Source of the DNA: a virus
Length of the DNA stretch: 64,000 nucleotides
IMG/VR virus record: IMGVR_UViG_3300036861_000733
Location: 5,401 to 69,400 of that record
Reading direction: 5' to 3' (one strand)
Shown: piece by piece, positions 1-9,460 of the stretch
Layout of the letters: the number at the start of each line of letters is the position of its first letter
Position numbering within the stretch: the stretch's first letter is position 1
The notes under the pieces: generated by a model
What the model was told of the DNA's origin: nothing
Database searches by the model: none
Seen by the model: the letters and a program-made list of their open reading frames with translations, nothing else
Program-made: the position numbers and the translations under genes

Positions 1-1392
1 GAAGTCTACATTCTGATTCTGATTCCCTTCGTCGCCGATCGCCCAGGTCTTCAAATACTCGCTTTCGTCGGCGTCAGGCGGCGCCAACTCGATCCCGTAT
101 TCGTCGGCCAATGGTTCGATTGCCACCTTCGCCCCGCCCCTTCTCAGCAACTCCACGTGCTCCGGATTGGATCGCTTGTGCACGCGGAACGAGAAGATCG
201 GCAAATCTTCTGGTTCAATTTCCCCTTCGTTCGCCTCAACGACCAGAGCCAACATTTGGCTGATCGTCGGCTCGATATGGCGGGCCAGCCGTTGCGCATA
301 GGTCAGCTTCGTGCTTTGATGAACGTCGGCCACAGCACGCGAACCAGAATCGCCCACATCACTTGTTAGTGTCTCGCCACGGATTGCCACGACAAACTTC
401 GTCTCGATATAATTCAGCGCCTCCTGCCAGCCTTTCGATGTGGCGATATTCGTCAGTACGTCGTAGTCGAATCCGCCCCTCACAACGAGAATCCCTTGCT
501 CTTCGTACAGGCGGATGACCTCTTTGGCCTCCTGAACGATCGCGGCGAGAGTCGCTGAACCTTGACCCGCGTCGATCTTCCCCTGGCTCAACAGTGGCGA
601 CGCGGCACTCGGCAAACTTTCTTTCAGCACCGGCACACCTGATAGTGCGTTGCGCGCCCCACGATAATACCACTCGGAGAACGTCTGCAAAATTCTCCAG
701 GGCACGTACAGATCGCGCAAAAACGCCCGTCCGTATGGCGTGCGCGTTGAGCCGGCACGGAAAATGAGCCAGGCGCGCTCCTCATCAGGCGGAATGACCA
801 GTGGCGGACGATCGCCCCCGGTTCCGGCGAAACGGTTTAATTCAACAAGGCGCGGCGCTGGTTCCGCAGTGAAGGCGTAATCTTCTTGATGTTGTTCTTG
901 GAGTTCGACGATGCCCCACTTCCAGCGTCCATTATGCATGTACGCCTGGGTCTCCCAGGTTGCGCGCATCGGCAGCCAACCCTCGTAAAAGTGGTAGGCG
1001 GCGATCTCAAGGAAGTCGGGCAGTGTGGTGACCCGTTGTACGGTCGGCACCATCAACATCTGCAACTGCGCCTTGGCCAGATCGACGAGCTGTTGGGCGC
1101 GAGGGCCACGATGACGCGCACCGAAGGAAAGTTGTGTAACCCGCCAACCGAATCCAAGAACGAAGGCGGTGAGCGCGCCGATCGACGAGGAGATGACGTC
1201 CGTTGTCTCCCGCATGATACGGTAAGTGCGTTCGTCCTGATATGATGCCAGGCGCCAAAGAACAGGATCGTCACGACGGAGGATGCGTAGGCCGCCGCCG
1301 ATATCCTGGATGAGATCGAACGGGATGAGCGGTCGGCGCAAAAGTGCCGGCGAGGGGCGCGCGGAATCGGCAGTAGCAAGCTGGGTAGCCAT
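1..1392 (-). CDS. Large protein, at least 464 aa, truncated at the window edge. Possibly a structural or portal-like protein.
   Basis: I checked codon by codon that the minus-strand frame 0 is open over all 1392 bp. ATG at 1392..1390 with an upstream in-frame stop at 1483-1485. It is absent from the ORF track because it has no stop inside the window. Confidence 0.45.
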   Translation of the reverse strand, partial: MATQLATADSARPSPALLRRPLIPFDLIQDIGGGLRILRRDDPVLWRLASYQDERTYRIMRETTDVISSSIGALTAFVLGFGWRVTQLSFGARHRGPRAQQLVDLAKAQLQMLMVPTVQRVTTLPDFLEIAAYHFYEGWLPMRATWETQAYMHNGRWKWGIVELQEQHQEDYAFTAEPAPRLVELNRFAGTGGDRPPLVIPPDEERAWLIFRAGSTRTPYGRAFLRDLYVPWRILQTFSEWYYRGARNALSGVPVLKESLPSAASPLLSQGKIDAGQGSATLAAIVQEAKEVIRLYEEQGILVVRGGFDYDVLTNIATSKGWQEALNYIETKFVVAIRGETLTSDVGDSGSRAVADVHQSTKLTYAQRLARHIEPTISQMLALVVEANEGEIEPEDLPIFSFRVHKRSNPEHVELLRRGGAKVAIEPLADEYGIELAPPDADESEYLKTWAIGDEGNQNQNVDF

Positions 1393-1501
1393 TAGAAGAG
1401 TCCAATTGCTGTGACGATGGCACCGGCCAGCATGGCAATGGCAATCAGACGCGCGAAATTGAAGATCAAGCGATCCAGACGATCAGCAGTAATTTGTGGA
1501 A

Positions 1502-1843
1502 TCATTCGAGCGATCTTTCCTTGACCTTCAACCATACGGTTGCGTTGAACTCCTGCCCACCTTCTGTATGCAACGTCCAGTTGACCGGGTGTGTCTTCCT
1601 GTTGGTTCCACCGCTTAACCGCACGATCGTAACGTTGCCATCAAGCTGACTGTGGTCGGTGGAGATCAGCTCCTCTTCGACGTCGATCGCCGGGATATCC
1701 AACTCGTAGCCGGCAGACCCGGCGAGCAGCGGATCAAGCACACCGTTGCGCGTGAGCAAACCTGTCCAATCGACCGCGTAATCGGCCAGGTCGGCGGGGT
1801 CTTTTGGCTCCCAGGGCATGGAAGGGGCCTCCTGGTACGGCAC
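1502..1843 (-). CDS. Hypothetical protein, 113 aa
   Basis: Complete ORF with an AGGAGG Shine-Dalgarno about 8 nt upstream of the ATG; non-biased composition. Confidence 0.5.
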   Translation of the reverse strand: MPYQEAPSMPWEPKDPADLADYAVDWTGLLTRNGVLDPLLAGSAGYELDIPAIDVEEELISTDHSQLDGNVTIVRLSGGTNRKTHPVNWTLHTEGGQEFNATVWLKVKERSLE

Positions 1844-1886
1844 CAGTCTACACCAAGTCTACGCCCGGACGCTCGCTGTGCCAGGC

Positions 1887-4430
1887 TTAGGCAATATAGA
1901 TGGAACCCTCCGGCCGAGTGGTGATGTGGCGCTGCCCCTCTGCCTCGATCCAGCGGCTGGCCGTGGCTGTGACGATGAACCGGCGCTGGCGGTCGAGGTT
2001 CCACGTGATTGTTGCTTCTCCAGTGACGGTCAGCTCTATGCTCTCAGTTGCCGAGATCAACGCCTGCTCTGATAATACGATGCTGACGAAGAGCGGCGCT
2101 GTTAGATCCCCGACTGCAATAATCGGCTGATCGACTGCTGACAATGAGCAGAGCATGCCGACGTTTTCTTCTGCGCCTGAAGACATCACGTCGGTTACTG
2201 TTGAGGCAACGAACGAGCTTTGTTCATCTATCGCGGCGATCGGCAGAGCATCGGACCCGGAGACAAACACCAAGACACCCGCCACCGGCATTGCATCGAG
2301 TGCTGGCGAATCCACGACCGCCACCTGCACCTCAGCGACCTCGTTTTCAAGGATCGAGAGAGTGGCGGCATCCACGATCGAAGAGGCGAGCAGCGCAGCG
2401 GCCTGGTCGGCAAGGATCGCGGCTGGTGCATCAGCGACTTCCGCCACGACATCTACTTGAACTAATTCAGAGACACCAAAAGCTGGACCATCCTCGGTCC
2501 CAAGCGTAGACGCAAGCGTCGCTACTTCACTGAGATTGCCGATCGCTGTAATATCGGCGGCAGATAGTTCCTGTAAGAGACTGGCCAATTCGATACTCTC
2601 GACAGTCGGCGCATCGTTGACAACAGATGCCAACGTGGAGTCTGAAACTTCAATCGCTGCCACTGCCGGCGCATCGGCAACACCCGCTGCAACATCTTCT
2701 TGAACCGATTCATCAATGCCAATAGACGGAATGTCTGCAATCGCTAGCGTGGCGGCGAGAGCCGCTGATTCGCTAGCAGAGAGTGCCGGAACATCGGAGG
2801 CGGGTAGGCCCACGAAGAGATCAGCCGACTCGTCACTGGTTACGACTGGCGAGTCGTTGACGGTAGACGAAAGTACGAGGCTGGATGCGTCTTCCGTTGC
2901 CACTGCTGGTGCATCGAGAGCCGCGAGCCCGGTCTCCGTAGCAACACTCTCGGCGAGGTTGAGGGCTGACGCATCGGCAATGTCTACGGAAGAGACCAGT
3001 GTTGTTACTTCGGCCGCCTGAACGTTGGCGCTGTCAGTAAGCGAGGAGGCGACAAGAGAACCCGATGTTTCGACCGCAGCGACTGCCGGTGAATCGTTCC
3101 GATTGGACTCCAGAAGCGAGTCCTGGGACTCGACGAGTGCAACTGCCCCGTCGTCCGCTGCTACCAGGACAATCGACAGGTCTACGGCTTCGTCGCCCGC
3201 GATGGTCGGCGTATCGGTGGTCGTGAGTCCAGCTTCAATACCGGCCGCCTCGCCGACCGCTACGGCCGCCGCCTCCGCAAGATCAGACGCGAGCAGCGAT
3301 CCCTGACTCTCGCTTGCCGTGACGGCCGGGGTGTCGGACAGAGCGAGCGCCGCTTCCGTGGCTGTCGTCTCGCTGATCGTCGCGGCCGGTGCGTCACTCG
3401 CGGCGATCCCAACATCGAGCACGCCCTGCTCGTCTATCGAGACTGCCGGCAGATCGGTGGCAGTGGCTAGCTGCGCCTGGATAGAGGAACTATCGGATAC
3501 CGTCGCCGTGGGCGCATCGGCGACCGCGCTAGAAAGGGCGTTGGCGGAGGCATCCTGGACACTTGCGGTAGGCGTGTCGGAGCGCCCAAGCCCTGCCTGA
3601 ATCGCGCTCGACTCAGAAGTTGAGGCGGTTGGCGCATCGTTCAGAGCAAGCCCGGCCTGGACGGTGGAGCTTTCTGAGATTGAGGCTGTTGGAGTATCGG
3701 AGGCACTTACGGGCGTCGAGCTGCTAATCTCATCGAACGCAACGAGGACCGCTGTGTGGTCCCCGGCAGCGCCAAGAGTCGGAGTGTAGGTATCGCCGGT
3801 TCCGGTGAAGACCCGCGAGCCGCCAGAGACGGAGACATTCGTGACCGCGCTGCCGCCGGTCGTTCCAGCGCTCGCTGTGTTTGTGTAATCCGCGTCCTCG
3901 GTCGAGACGCCGTCGGCCGGCGGGCGCTCAAGACCGATCGCGCCGATGAAGAGATGGGCCGCGTTGGCGAGCCCAGAGAGAGTAACGGAAGGCGCACTTG
4001 AGCCGTCGGCATTGACCGCGATCGCGCCGGCAAGCTCGGGTGTATTGCCGGCCCCGATGTCCCAACTCTCGACGTGGATCGCCTTGGCCGCGACGTTCGC
4101 CGGCACCGTGAGGACGATGCTCGCACCGGTGCCGATCGTGTTGGCGACCTTGCAAAACCAGACCGAGACCGTCTCCCCGGCCGCCGCCGCGCCGTTGCCA
4201 TTGCGGGCCTCGATCGCCTTCTGCCAGGTGTTGCCGCCGACGGTGTCGGAGATCTGGTGCTCGGTCCCGCCGCTCGTGATATCGGTCGTCCCGACGTTGT
4301 CGGAGGCGCACCGGACGACGAGGATCTTCCCCGCAGCAGCATGAACGCCGTCGCCGACCCTCGAGACCGTAGTGTTAGCGCTGTTCTTGTCGTTGGCGCT
4401 GCCGACGAGACCGGATCTAGTCCAAGACAC
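1887..4430 (-). CDS. Tandem-repeat, probably fibrous, protein of 847 aa. About 30 copies of a degenerate 19-21-aa unit (x-S-D-x-P-x-x-S-x-S-E-S-S-x-x-Q-A-x-L-A).
   Basis: Long ORF whose central 600 aa consist of repeats such as SDTPTASISESSTVQAGLALND and APTASTSESSAIQAGLGRSD, with non-repetitive N- and C-terminal domains. Confidence 0.6.
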   Translation of the reverse strand: MSWTRSGLVGSANDKNSANTTVSRVGDGVHAAAGKILVVRCASDNVGTTDITSGGTEHQISDTVGGNTWQKAIEARNGNGAAAAGETVSVWFCKVANTIGTGASIVLTVPANVAAKAIHVESWDIGAGNTPELAGAIAVNADGSSAPSVTLSGLANAAHLFIGAIGLERPPADGVSTEDADYTNTASAGTTGGSAVTNVSVSGGSRVFTGTGDTYTPTLGAAGDHTAVLVAFDEISSSTPVSASDTPTASISESSTVQAGLALNDAPTASTSESSAIQAGLGRSDTPTASVQDASANALSSAVADAPTATVSDSSSIQAQLATATDLPAVSIDEQGVLDVGIAASDAPAATISETTATEAALALSDTPAVTASESQGSLLASDLAEAAAVAVGEAAGIEAGLTTTDTPTIAGDEAVDLSIVLVAADDGAVALVESQDSLLESNRNDSPAVAAVETSGSLVASSLTDSANVQAAEVTTLVSSVDIADASALNLAESVATETGLAALDAPAVATEDASSLVLSSTVNDSPVVTSDESADLFVGLPASDVPALSASESAALAATLAIADIPSIGIDESVQEDVAAGVADAPAVAAIEVSDSTLASVVNDAPTVESIELASLLQELSAADITAIGNLSEVATLASTLGTEDGPAFGVSELVQVDVVAEVADAPAAILADQAAALLASSIVDAATLSILENEVAEVQVAVVDSPALDAMPVAGVLVFVSGSDALPIAAIDEQSSFVASTVTDVMSSGAEENVGMLCSLSAVDQPIIAVGDLTAPLFVSIVLSEQALISATESIELTVTGEATITWNLDRQRRFIVTATASRWIEAEGQRHITTRPEGSIYIA

Positions 4431-4473
4431 TGGAGGCGCGTCCTAGGTTGGCGAAGCCGCTTTCTCCCAGTGA

Positions 4474-5178
4474 TTAGGCCAGCACCTCGTCGAGCGCGAC
4501 CAGGTGAAGCGTCCAGTCCATATCGGCGCTCAGCTTTCCCACGTAGGAGACGCCATCCGTCTCAGCGATTCGCCAGTACATGCCGCCGGTGACGTTGGAG
4601 CGCGGACTCCCGCCGCTGGTGCCCCCGTGGTAGGGGATGATCCCGCCCCAGGACGGGTCCTCTTCGATGAGCCACTCCTTGGTCGGCCCCTCGAAGCCCA
4701 GGTGCATCAGCCAGAGGCGTGGCGCACCTGTCGGCACCGTCAGCGTGACGTTGATGTCCTTGCCGCCCCCGGAGAAGTCCATGGCGCCCGCGGGTGCCGC
4801 CTTCATCCCCGACGCGACGGCGAAGACGTCGAGCACGATCATCTTGGCGGCGACGCTCGGTGGGCACGTCAACCGCACCTGTGCGTTGGGGTCGAGGTCC
4901 ACTTCTCCGATGCGGCTCAGCACGTTGAGCAGCCAGGTGGTCAGGAATAGGCCCTCACCGGGTGCCGCTCCACCGCCGTAGGATTCGGCGAGCAGCGCGT
5001 GCGCGTGCAGCGAGCTGTCGTCGATCGTGTGCTCGCCGCCGAGTGCCCCGGCGTTGTCGGAGAGCCCGCTCACGATGAGCACCTGCCCAGGTTCGATGGG
5101 GTGGATGGGGTGGACCACGACCGGGAGGTCAGCCGCCTTGTTGACCTCGGCTCCCCTGTAATCGACGCGCTGGAACAT
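4474..5178 (-). CDS. Hypothetical protein. The start was trimmed to an internal Met so that it does not overlap the HNH gene.
   Basis: ORF 4474..5232 in the track; the first 18 codons overlap the upstream HNH gene. Confidence 0.4.
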   Translation of the reverse strand: MFQRVDYRGAEVNKAADLPVVVHPIHPIEPGQVLIVSGLSDNAGALGGEHTIDDSSLHAHALLAESYGGGAAPGEGLFLTTWLLNVLSRIGEVDLDPNAQVRLTCPPSVAAKMIVLDVFAVASGMKAAPAGAMDFSGGGKDINVTLTVPTGAPRLWLMHLGFEGPTKEWLIEEDPSWGGIIPYHGGTSGGSPRSNVTGGMYWRIAETDGVSYVGKLSADMDWTLHLVALDEVLA

Positions 5179-5206
5179 GAGTCCCCCTCTCTCTCTTACG
5201 CAGCCG

Positions 5207-5752
5207 TCAACGTGAGTGTGTTTCGGTTGCACATTGACACGTAGGACAATGCTTCTCGACGGCCCGCTGACCGAATGGTTGTCGTGGCGATGTCCACAGC
5301 TCTAAGTTCTCTGATCGGTTATCGTCACGCTTGCCGTTTCGATGATGGACGTGCTCAAAGGATCGGAGTAGCCGACCCAATGACTGCTCCATGACGAATC
5401 GATGTTGCTTGACATATCCGCGCCCCGGAATCCACTGCTCGATGTAACCGTGAGCATCCTTGTACCAGCCTTTGGCGAGCTTCCTCCTGCCCGCCTGATG
5501 ACTGCCGGGAGTCTTCGCACAAGTGCCGCATAGACCGAGGATCCGACGCCCTCGTTTCAGATCTGCTCGAATTTGCGCGGCATTGGACTTGAATCCTAAG
5601 CCGCAGTTTCGACACATCCGACCGATCATAAGACAATGCCGGCCGAAGTGCATCCCCAAAGCTTGGTCGTCGAACTGGAATGTCTTCAGAACATCCTGCG
5701 GGATGTCCTCGGGCCGCAACGGCCGCGGTTGTCTTCCAGGTGCCATGAGCAA
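5207..5752 (-). CDS. HNH endonuclease
   Basis: C-terminal HNH signature HVHHRNGKRDDNRSENLELW plus Cys pairs CxxC...CxxC. Confidence 0.8.
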   Translation of the reverse strand: MLMAPGRQPRPLRPEDIPQDVLKTFQFDDQALGMHFGRHCLMIGRMCRNCGLGFKSNAAQIRADLKRGRRILGLCGTCAKTPGSHQAGRRKLAKGWYKDAHGYIEQWIPGRGYVKQHRFVMEQSLGRLLRSFEHVHHRNGKRDDNRSENLELWTSPRQPFGQRAVEKHCPTCQCATETHSR

Positions 5753-5774
5753 AGTGTATCATGGCAACTCCAGA

Positions 5775-6155
5775 TCACGCCGCTGTCAGAGTCAAGGTAG
5801 CCGTGAGCTGCCACGACTGCGCGCTCGTCTTGGTCCCCAAGCTCTCGACCTTGCGACTGAACATCGTGCCGGCCGAGGAGGCATTGAACACACCCCACTC
5901 CTGCCACGCGAAGTTGGCGTCGCCCGTGGCGAATGTGCTGCGGAAGGTCAGCACGTTCGCAGCGCGCGTCGGGTAGGTGGCGTCCATCGCCTTGCGCAGC
6001 TTGTTGGACGCAGCCTGGAGATCGGTGTGCGTCGCAGAGAACGCGGTCGTGCTGTCGCCGACACCGAGGTAGCTGTTGGCGTTGTTGAAGTCCGTCGTGG
6101 ACTCGCCAAGAAGCATTGCGGCGAGGATGTCTCTTCCGGCGTTCGTGAGGGCCAT
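5775..6155 (-). CDS. Hypothetical protein, 126 aa
   Basis: Complete ORF with protein-like composition. Confidence 0.4.
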   Translation of the reverse strand: MALTNAGRDILAAMLLGESTTDFNNANSYLGVGDSTTAFSATHTDLQAASNKLRKAMDATYPTRAANVLTFRSTFATGDANFAWQEWGVFNASSAGTMFSRKVESLGTKTSAQSWQLTATLTLTAA

Positions 6156-6158
6156 CGG

Positions 6159-6476
6159 CTACTTCTCCGGTGCTGCGGCTGAGGCGGCTGTCAATTCCCG
6201 ATAGCGGCCAACCAGACCGCCCGCGACGATGACCGCGTAGTTCGTCAGCGGCTGCTCGGGATTCAGAATCTCTCCCTGGCACGCTGAGCAGAGAGCGACC
6301 TCCTCCATCACCGCGTGAAGGTGACCGAGATTGCATCGCTCCGTTCCGAGAGAGAGGCTGAGGCGGGCCGGCGTCGGCGTCTGGCAGATAACGCACTCGG
6401 CCAGAGGTTGGACTTCTGATACCGACGCGGCAGTCTCCATCGTCGTGGCGTCGGCTACGTCACTCGTCTTAGGCAT
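6159..6476 (-). CDS. Small Cys-rich protein, possibly zinc-binding
   Basis: CVICQ...C...C...CSACQ motif pairs. Confidence 0.35.
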   Translation of the reverse strand: MPKTSDVADATTMETAASVSEVQPLAECVICQTPTPARLSLSLGTERCNLGHLHAVMEEVALCSACQGEILNPEQPLTNYAVIVAGGLVGRYRELTAASAAAPEK

Positions 6477-6684
6477 CGGCGATCACCTCGCTCAAGTAGG
6501 AGCCGTCGGGTTGAAGGATTTTGCGGACGGTGGGCTGTTCTGCGCCGCCCTCGATGATTTCGACCGGCGCTTTGACCTCGCCTTCTTTCGGCGGGTCGCC
6601 GTCGTATTTGGCAAGACTCCAGGATTGGATTTTCGGCCGCAGCGCGCCAGTCTCCTCTACTGCATATCGTCCCGCCATAACCAA
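6469..6684 (-). CDS. Hypothetical small protein
   Basis: ORF tightly packed with its neighbours. Confidence 0.3.
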   Translation of the reverse strand: MVMAGRYAVEETGALRPKIQSWSLAKYDGDPPKEGEVKAPVEIIEGGAEQPTVRKILQPDGSYLSEVIADA

Positions 6685-6827
6685 TCACTCACTTTCACGT
6701 TGGTGCGGCCATCTCCAGAGCGCCAGCCCAAGAAGCCAGGGCCGCGCCCACGACGGAGCCGGAAGGTTGAGAGCAAGGCGGATGAGAAAGACGCGCACCG
6801 TTGATTACCTGTTGATTACCTGTCGAT

Positions 6828-7259
6828 TTACCCGCCCGCGTTGTACCACTCCATCGACACGGTACACGTTGTTCCCGACACGATGGAGAACGTCGAACCA
6901 GCGACGAATCTTCGCCGATCCGGATTCAACGCCGAACCTGAACCGTTTGTCACGTCTGCGGCAGGCACGGCAGCCGCTCCGCCAACTCGCACCCAGAACG
7001 AGCAGGCGGCCGATGCGAAATTGGCGACACTATATCCAGTAGGTACGGTGACGGTTTTGGCAGTGTTTGCTGCCAACACACGGGTGTCTACGTAGGTTGC
7101 GGCCGGAAGCGTGGATGTTTGGATGTCGCGGAAGACGCGCTGCTGTGCCTCGGCCGGGTGCTGACTGTATAGAAAGACCGGAAGACCGGCACCGAAGAAG
7201 ACAGCAAGCGCTATCAACAGCAGCGCTATTTTTGGCGATGTTTTGTTGATACAAGCCAT
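6828..7259 (-). CDS. Secreted or membrane-anchored protein with an N-terminal signal anchor
   Basis: N-terminal hydrophobic segment IALLLIALAVFFGAGLPVFL followed by a Thr/Ser/Ala-rich domain. Confidence 0.45.
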   Translation of the reverse strand: MACINKTSPKIALLLIALAVFFGAGLPVFLYSQHPAEAQQRVFRDIQTSTLPAATYVDTRVLAANTAKTVTVPTGYSVANFASAACSFWVRVGGAAAVPAADVTNGSGSALNPDRRRFVAGSTFSIVSGTTCTVSMEWYNAGG

Positions 7260-7265
7260 GATCGG

Positions 7266-7961
7266 TTACCAGGTCGCCAGCGTCGCCCGCACCCAGGTAT
7301 TCGTCGCCACACACACGTACACGAAGCTCGCGTCCCAAACCACTCTTCCTGTCGTGCATGCCGCCGTCGCGCTGGCCGGCGTCACCGAGGTCGTAACATA
7401 CAGCGAACCCGTAGTCACGGTCGTCCACGTCAGCGTCGGCCCCAAGTTCTCCAGCCGCACCAGCGTCGTAAACGTCGGCAGCGCCACGGGCGACCCGGCG
7501 CAGTCGGTCGAGTAGTTTCCAGGGTAAATCATCACGACCCAGGTTGCGGTTGCGCTTCTGGTCTGGGCATCGACATACGTACATGCGGCGTCCGGCTCGG
7601 CGAAATCGCCGCCAGACGGCGAAACGGTGCGCACCCTGGCAAAGCCGCCTGTCATCATCCAGTTCCGCTCTTCGGTTGTCGAGTGCGGACGGACGGACGG
7701 ACGAGAATGTTGCGCGATGACCGGAGCTGGAATCGCCATCCAGACGGAGAGCAGAGCGAGCACAACGGCGGGCAGGAAACGATGGGCGAGGCGGGCCGGG
7801 CGGAACGTGGCGCAAGACGGACGGAGGGTCGGACGGGCTGGGTGGTTCGGCGTGGGCAACGTGGCAGACGGCAAGGCGGGCTCCTCTGCGGACTCCTCCG
7901 CTATGGGTAGAGGTCTGGCAAGTCGAGGTACACTATAGAGCTGATGACCGGCCGGTGTCAA
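7266..7961 (-). CDS. Membrane-anchored protein
   Basis: Internal transmembrane segment LPAVVLALLSVWMAIPAPVIA and a Thr-rich, probably extracytoplasmic C-terminal domain. Confidence 0.35.
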   Translation of the reverse strand: MTPAGHQLYSVPRLARPLPIAEESAEEPALPSATLPTPNHPARPTLRPSCATFRPARLAHRFLPAVVLALLSVWMAIPAPVIAQHSRPSVRPHSTTEERNWMMTGGFARVRTVSPSGGDFAEPDAACTYVDAQTRSATATWVVMIYPGNYSTDCAGSPVALPTFTTLVRLENLGPTLTWTTVTTGSLYVTTSVTPASATAACTTGRVVWDASFVYVCVATNTWVRATLATW

Positions 7962-8157
7962 CTAGGAGGGGGCAAGACCCCTCGAAACCGCCGCCGCCAC
8001 CGCTCAACCCGCCGGGACCCGTTGCGCTGGTGGCGCTGCCACCCGCAGCGCACGACCTCCCGACTCGGTTGCTGGCGCTTCGGCTGGTATTGAGACGGCG
8101 AAGAGGACAGACTTCCGCCACCACCACCAGACAAATAGTTTTTAGGAGAGGCACGCT

Positions 8158-8316
8158 ATGGCAAAGCGTAAGATGACCAAAGGCCAGACCGTTCGCGCCC
8201 ACCGTCAAGGCAAACGGCTGAAGGGCAAACCGGGTATCAAAAAGCCGTTCGCGCTGGCTACGTATCAGGTGAAGAAAGGTCAAAGGGCGGGACGGAAGAA
8301 GAAGACCGGCAAATAG
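8158..8316 (+). CDS. Very basic Lys/Arg-rich 52-aa protein, not in the ORF track because it is under 60 aa
   Basis: AGGAGAGG Shine-Dalgarno 7 nt upstream of the ATG. Translation is MAKRKMTKGQTVRAHRQGKRLKGKPGIKKPFALATYQVKKGQRAGRKKKTGK. Local GC is lower than its surroundings. Confidence 0.4.
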   Translation: MAKRKMTKGQTVRAHRQGKRLKGKPGIKKPFALATYQVKKGQRAGRKKKTGK

Positions 8317-8341
8317 AGACAATACGATCGCCAAGGCCGAT

Positions 8342-9460
8342 TCAGTTGTTGCACTCGACGTCGTACTCGACGAATCGGCCATCGGCAGCTCTGTAACCAG
8401 CAAGTGTTCTTATCCGGGCGTGGTAACTTCCGTGCTCCGCGCCTTCTCTAAGCTCAAGTTTGTCCACGCTGTCGTTGTTGAATGATCTAGTCTCTATGTG
8501 ATGCACATGTTCACAGCTAAGTAGGCGTCTTTCAAGTGCATACGACACGACCAACCTAGCACGCCATTGATACCCGCCCCGATTGGCGTACTTGTGTCCT
8601 TTTCCTAAAAACACCTTAACTCGGCCACGATCATCGCACGTCTCGTTGCCAAACGCCGGATCGGAAAACGGCGTCTCTTCCAGCCACGGACGGCGCGGAC
8701 AATTCGGTAATAGGTCGAGATGCGGGATATTGCGAGAGTGCAGAGATAAACGATAACTGCCGCCTGGGTACAGTGGGCGCCACTGAAGATTTGCTGTTGG
8801 CAAAGAATGCTGTCCGCTGCTTCTTGCCAATCGTCGCATGACGTACCACAAACGATTTGCCAGCTCAATTGGACGTAAGCTCATTTCAACCGCAACGCCG
8901 CTAATCGCGTCCTCGGCCGCACGGTAACCGCCGTTCTTCAGTCGTGCCGAGATTTCTGCCTCGCTGATCGAATCTCCGTACAACGCACGGGCCAAATGCC
9001 GATCAACTGGAATGCCAACATCACAGCCGGGCGAAAGCAGATTTTTGTAGAACGCCGTGACTTTCGGACCGCGCAACGTTGTGGGGATGTCTGCGCCATT
9101 GACGATGGCCTGTGCGCGCCCTACGTCGCGGCCCGTTCCGCTGATACCGCCGCCGCCGGCACCGTTAATCCCGGCCCGTTCAAATCCGCAGCACAGCGCG
9201 ATCGCCGAGAGTTGGTTGCCGTTCCAGACGGATCGTGGGCTTAGCGCGGCCACAACCGCCGCGACCTGGTTAACAGTTAACCCCGATACACCAGCAAGCC
9301 ATCCGACGAATCGGCGCGCTTCGTAGTAGAAAAATCGTGCGGCGGTTTTCTCAACAGGTGAGGCGAATGAGGCGACAGTAAGAAGACGAGAACGAACGGC
9401 GGCGCTATTCGACAATTCGGGCATACCGCCTGCTAGACGTCTGCCAAGCACCGACCGCAA
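8342..9460 (-). CDS. Two-domain protein: an N-terminal domain of unknown function fused to a C-terminal HNH endonuclease
   Basis: C-terminal LLSCEHVHHIETRSFNNDSVDKLELRE HNH-like signature. The N-terminal 250 aa carry a PVDRHLARAL-type helix motif. Confidence 0.55.
   Translation of the reverse strand: MRSVLGRRLAGGMPELSNSAAVRSRLLTVASFASPVEKTAARFFYYEARRFVGWLAGVSGLTVNQVAAVVAALSPRSVWNGNQLSAIALCCGFERAGINGAGGGGISGTGRDVGRAQAIVNGADIPTTLRGPKVTAFYKNLLSPGCDVGIPVDRHLARALYGDSISEAEISARLKNGGYRAAEDAISGVAVEMSLRPIELANRLWYVMRRLARSSGQHSLPTANLQWRPLYPGGSYRLSLHSRNIPHLDLLPNCPRRPWLEETPFSDPAFGNETCDDRGRVKVFLGKGHKYANRGGYQWRARLVVSYALERRLLSCEHVHHIETRSFNNDSVDKLELREGAEHGSYHARIRTLAGYRAADGRFVEYDVECNN

Noticed and set aside
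1053-1379. Track ORFs 359..673, 886..1245, 1007..1258 and 1053..1379
   Set aside because: They are Arg/Pro/Ser-rich with low-complexity translations. They lie antisense to, or out of frame with, the uninterrupted 464-codon minus-strand ORF 1..1392. They are typical GC-rich shadow ORFs.
8342-9460. HhH-GPD (endonuclease III-like) DNA glycosylase assignment for the N-terminal domain of the HNH fusion protein
   Set aside because: Only a VDRHLARAL stretch resembles the EndoIII VDTHIFRV helix. The spacing to the preceding Gly-rich segment does not fit the HhH-GPD signature, so this is left as an unknown domain.
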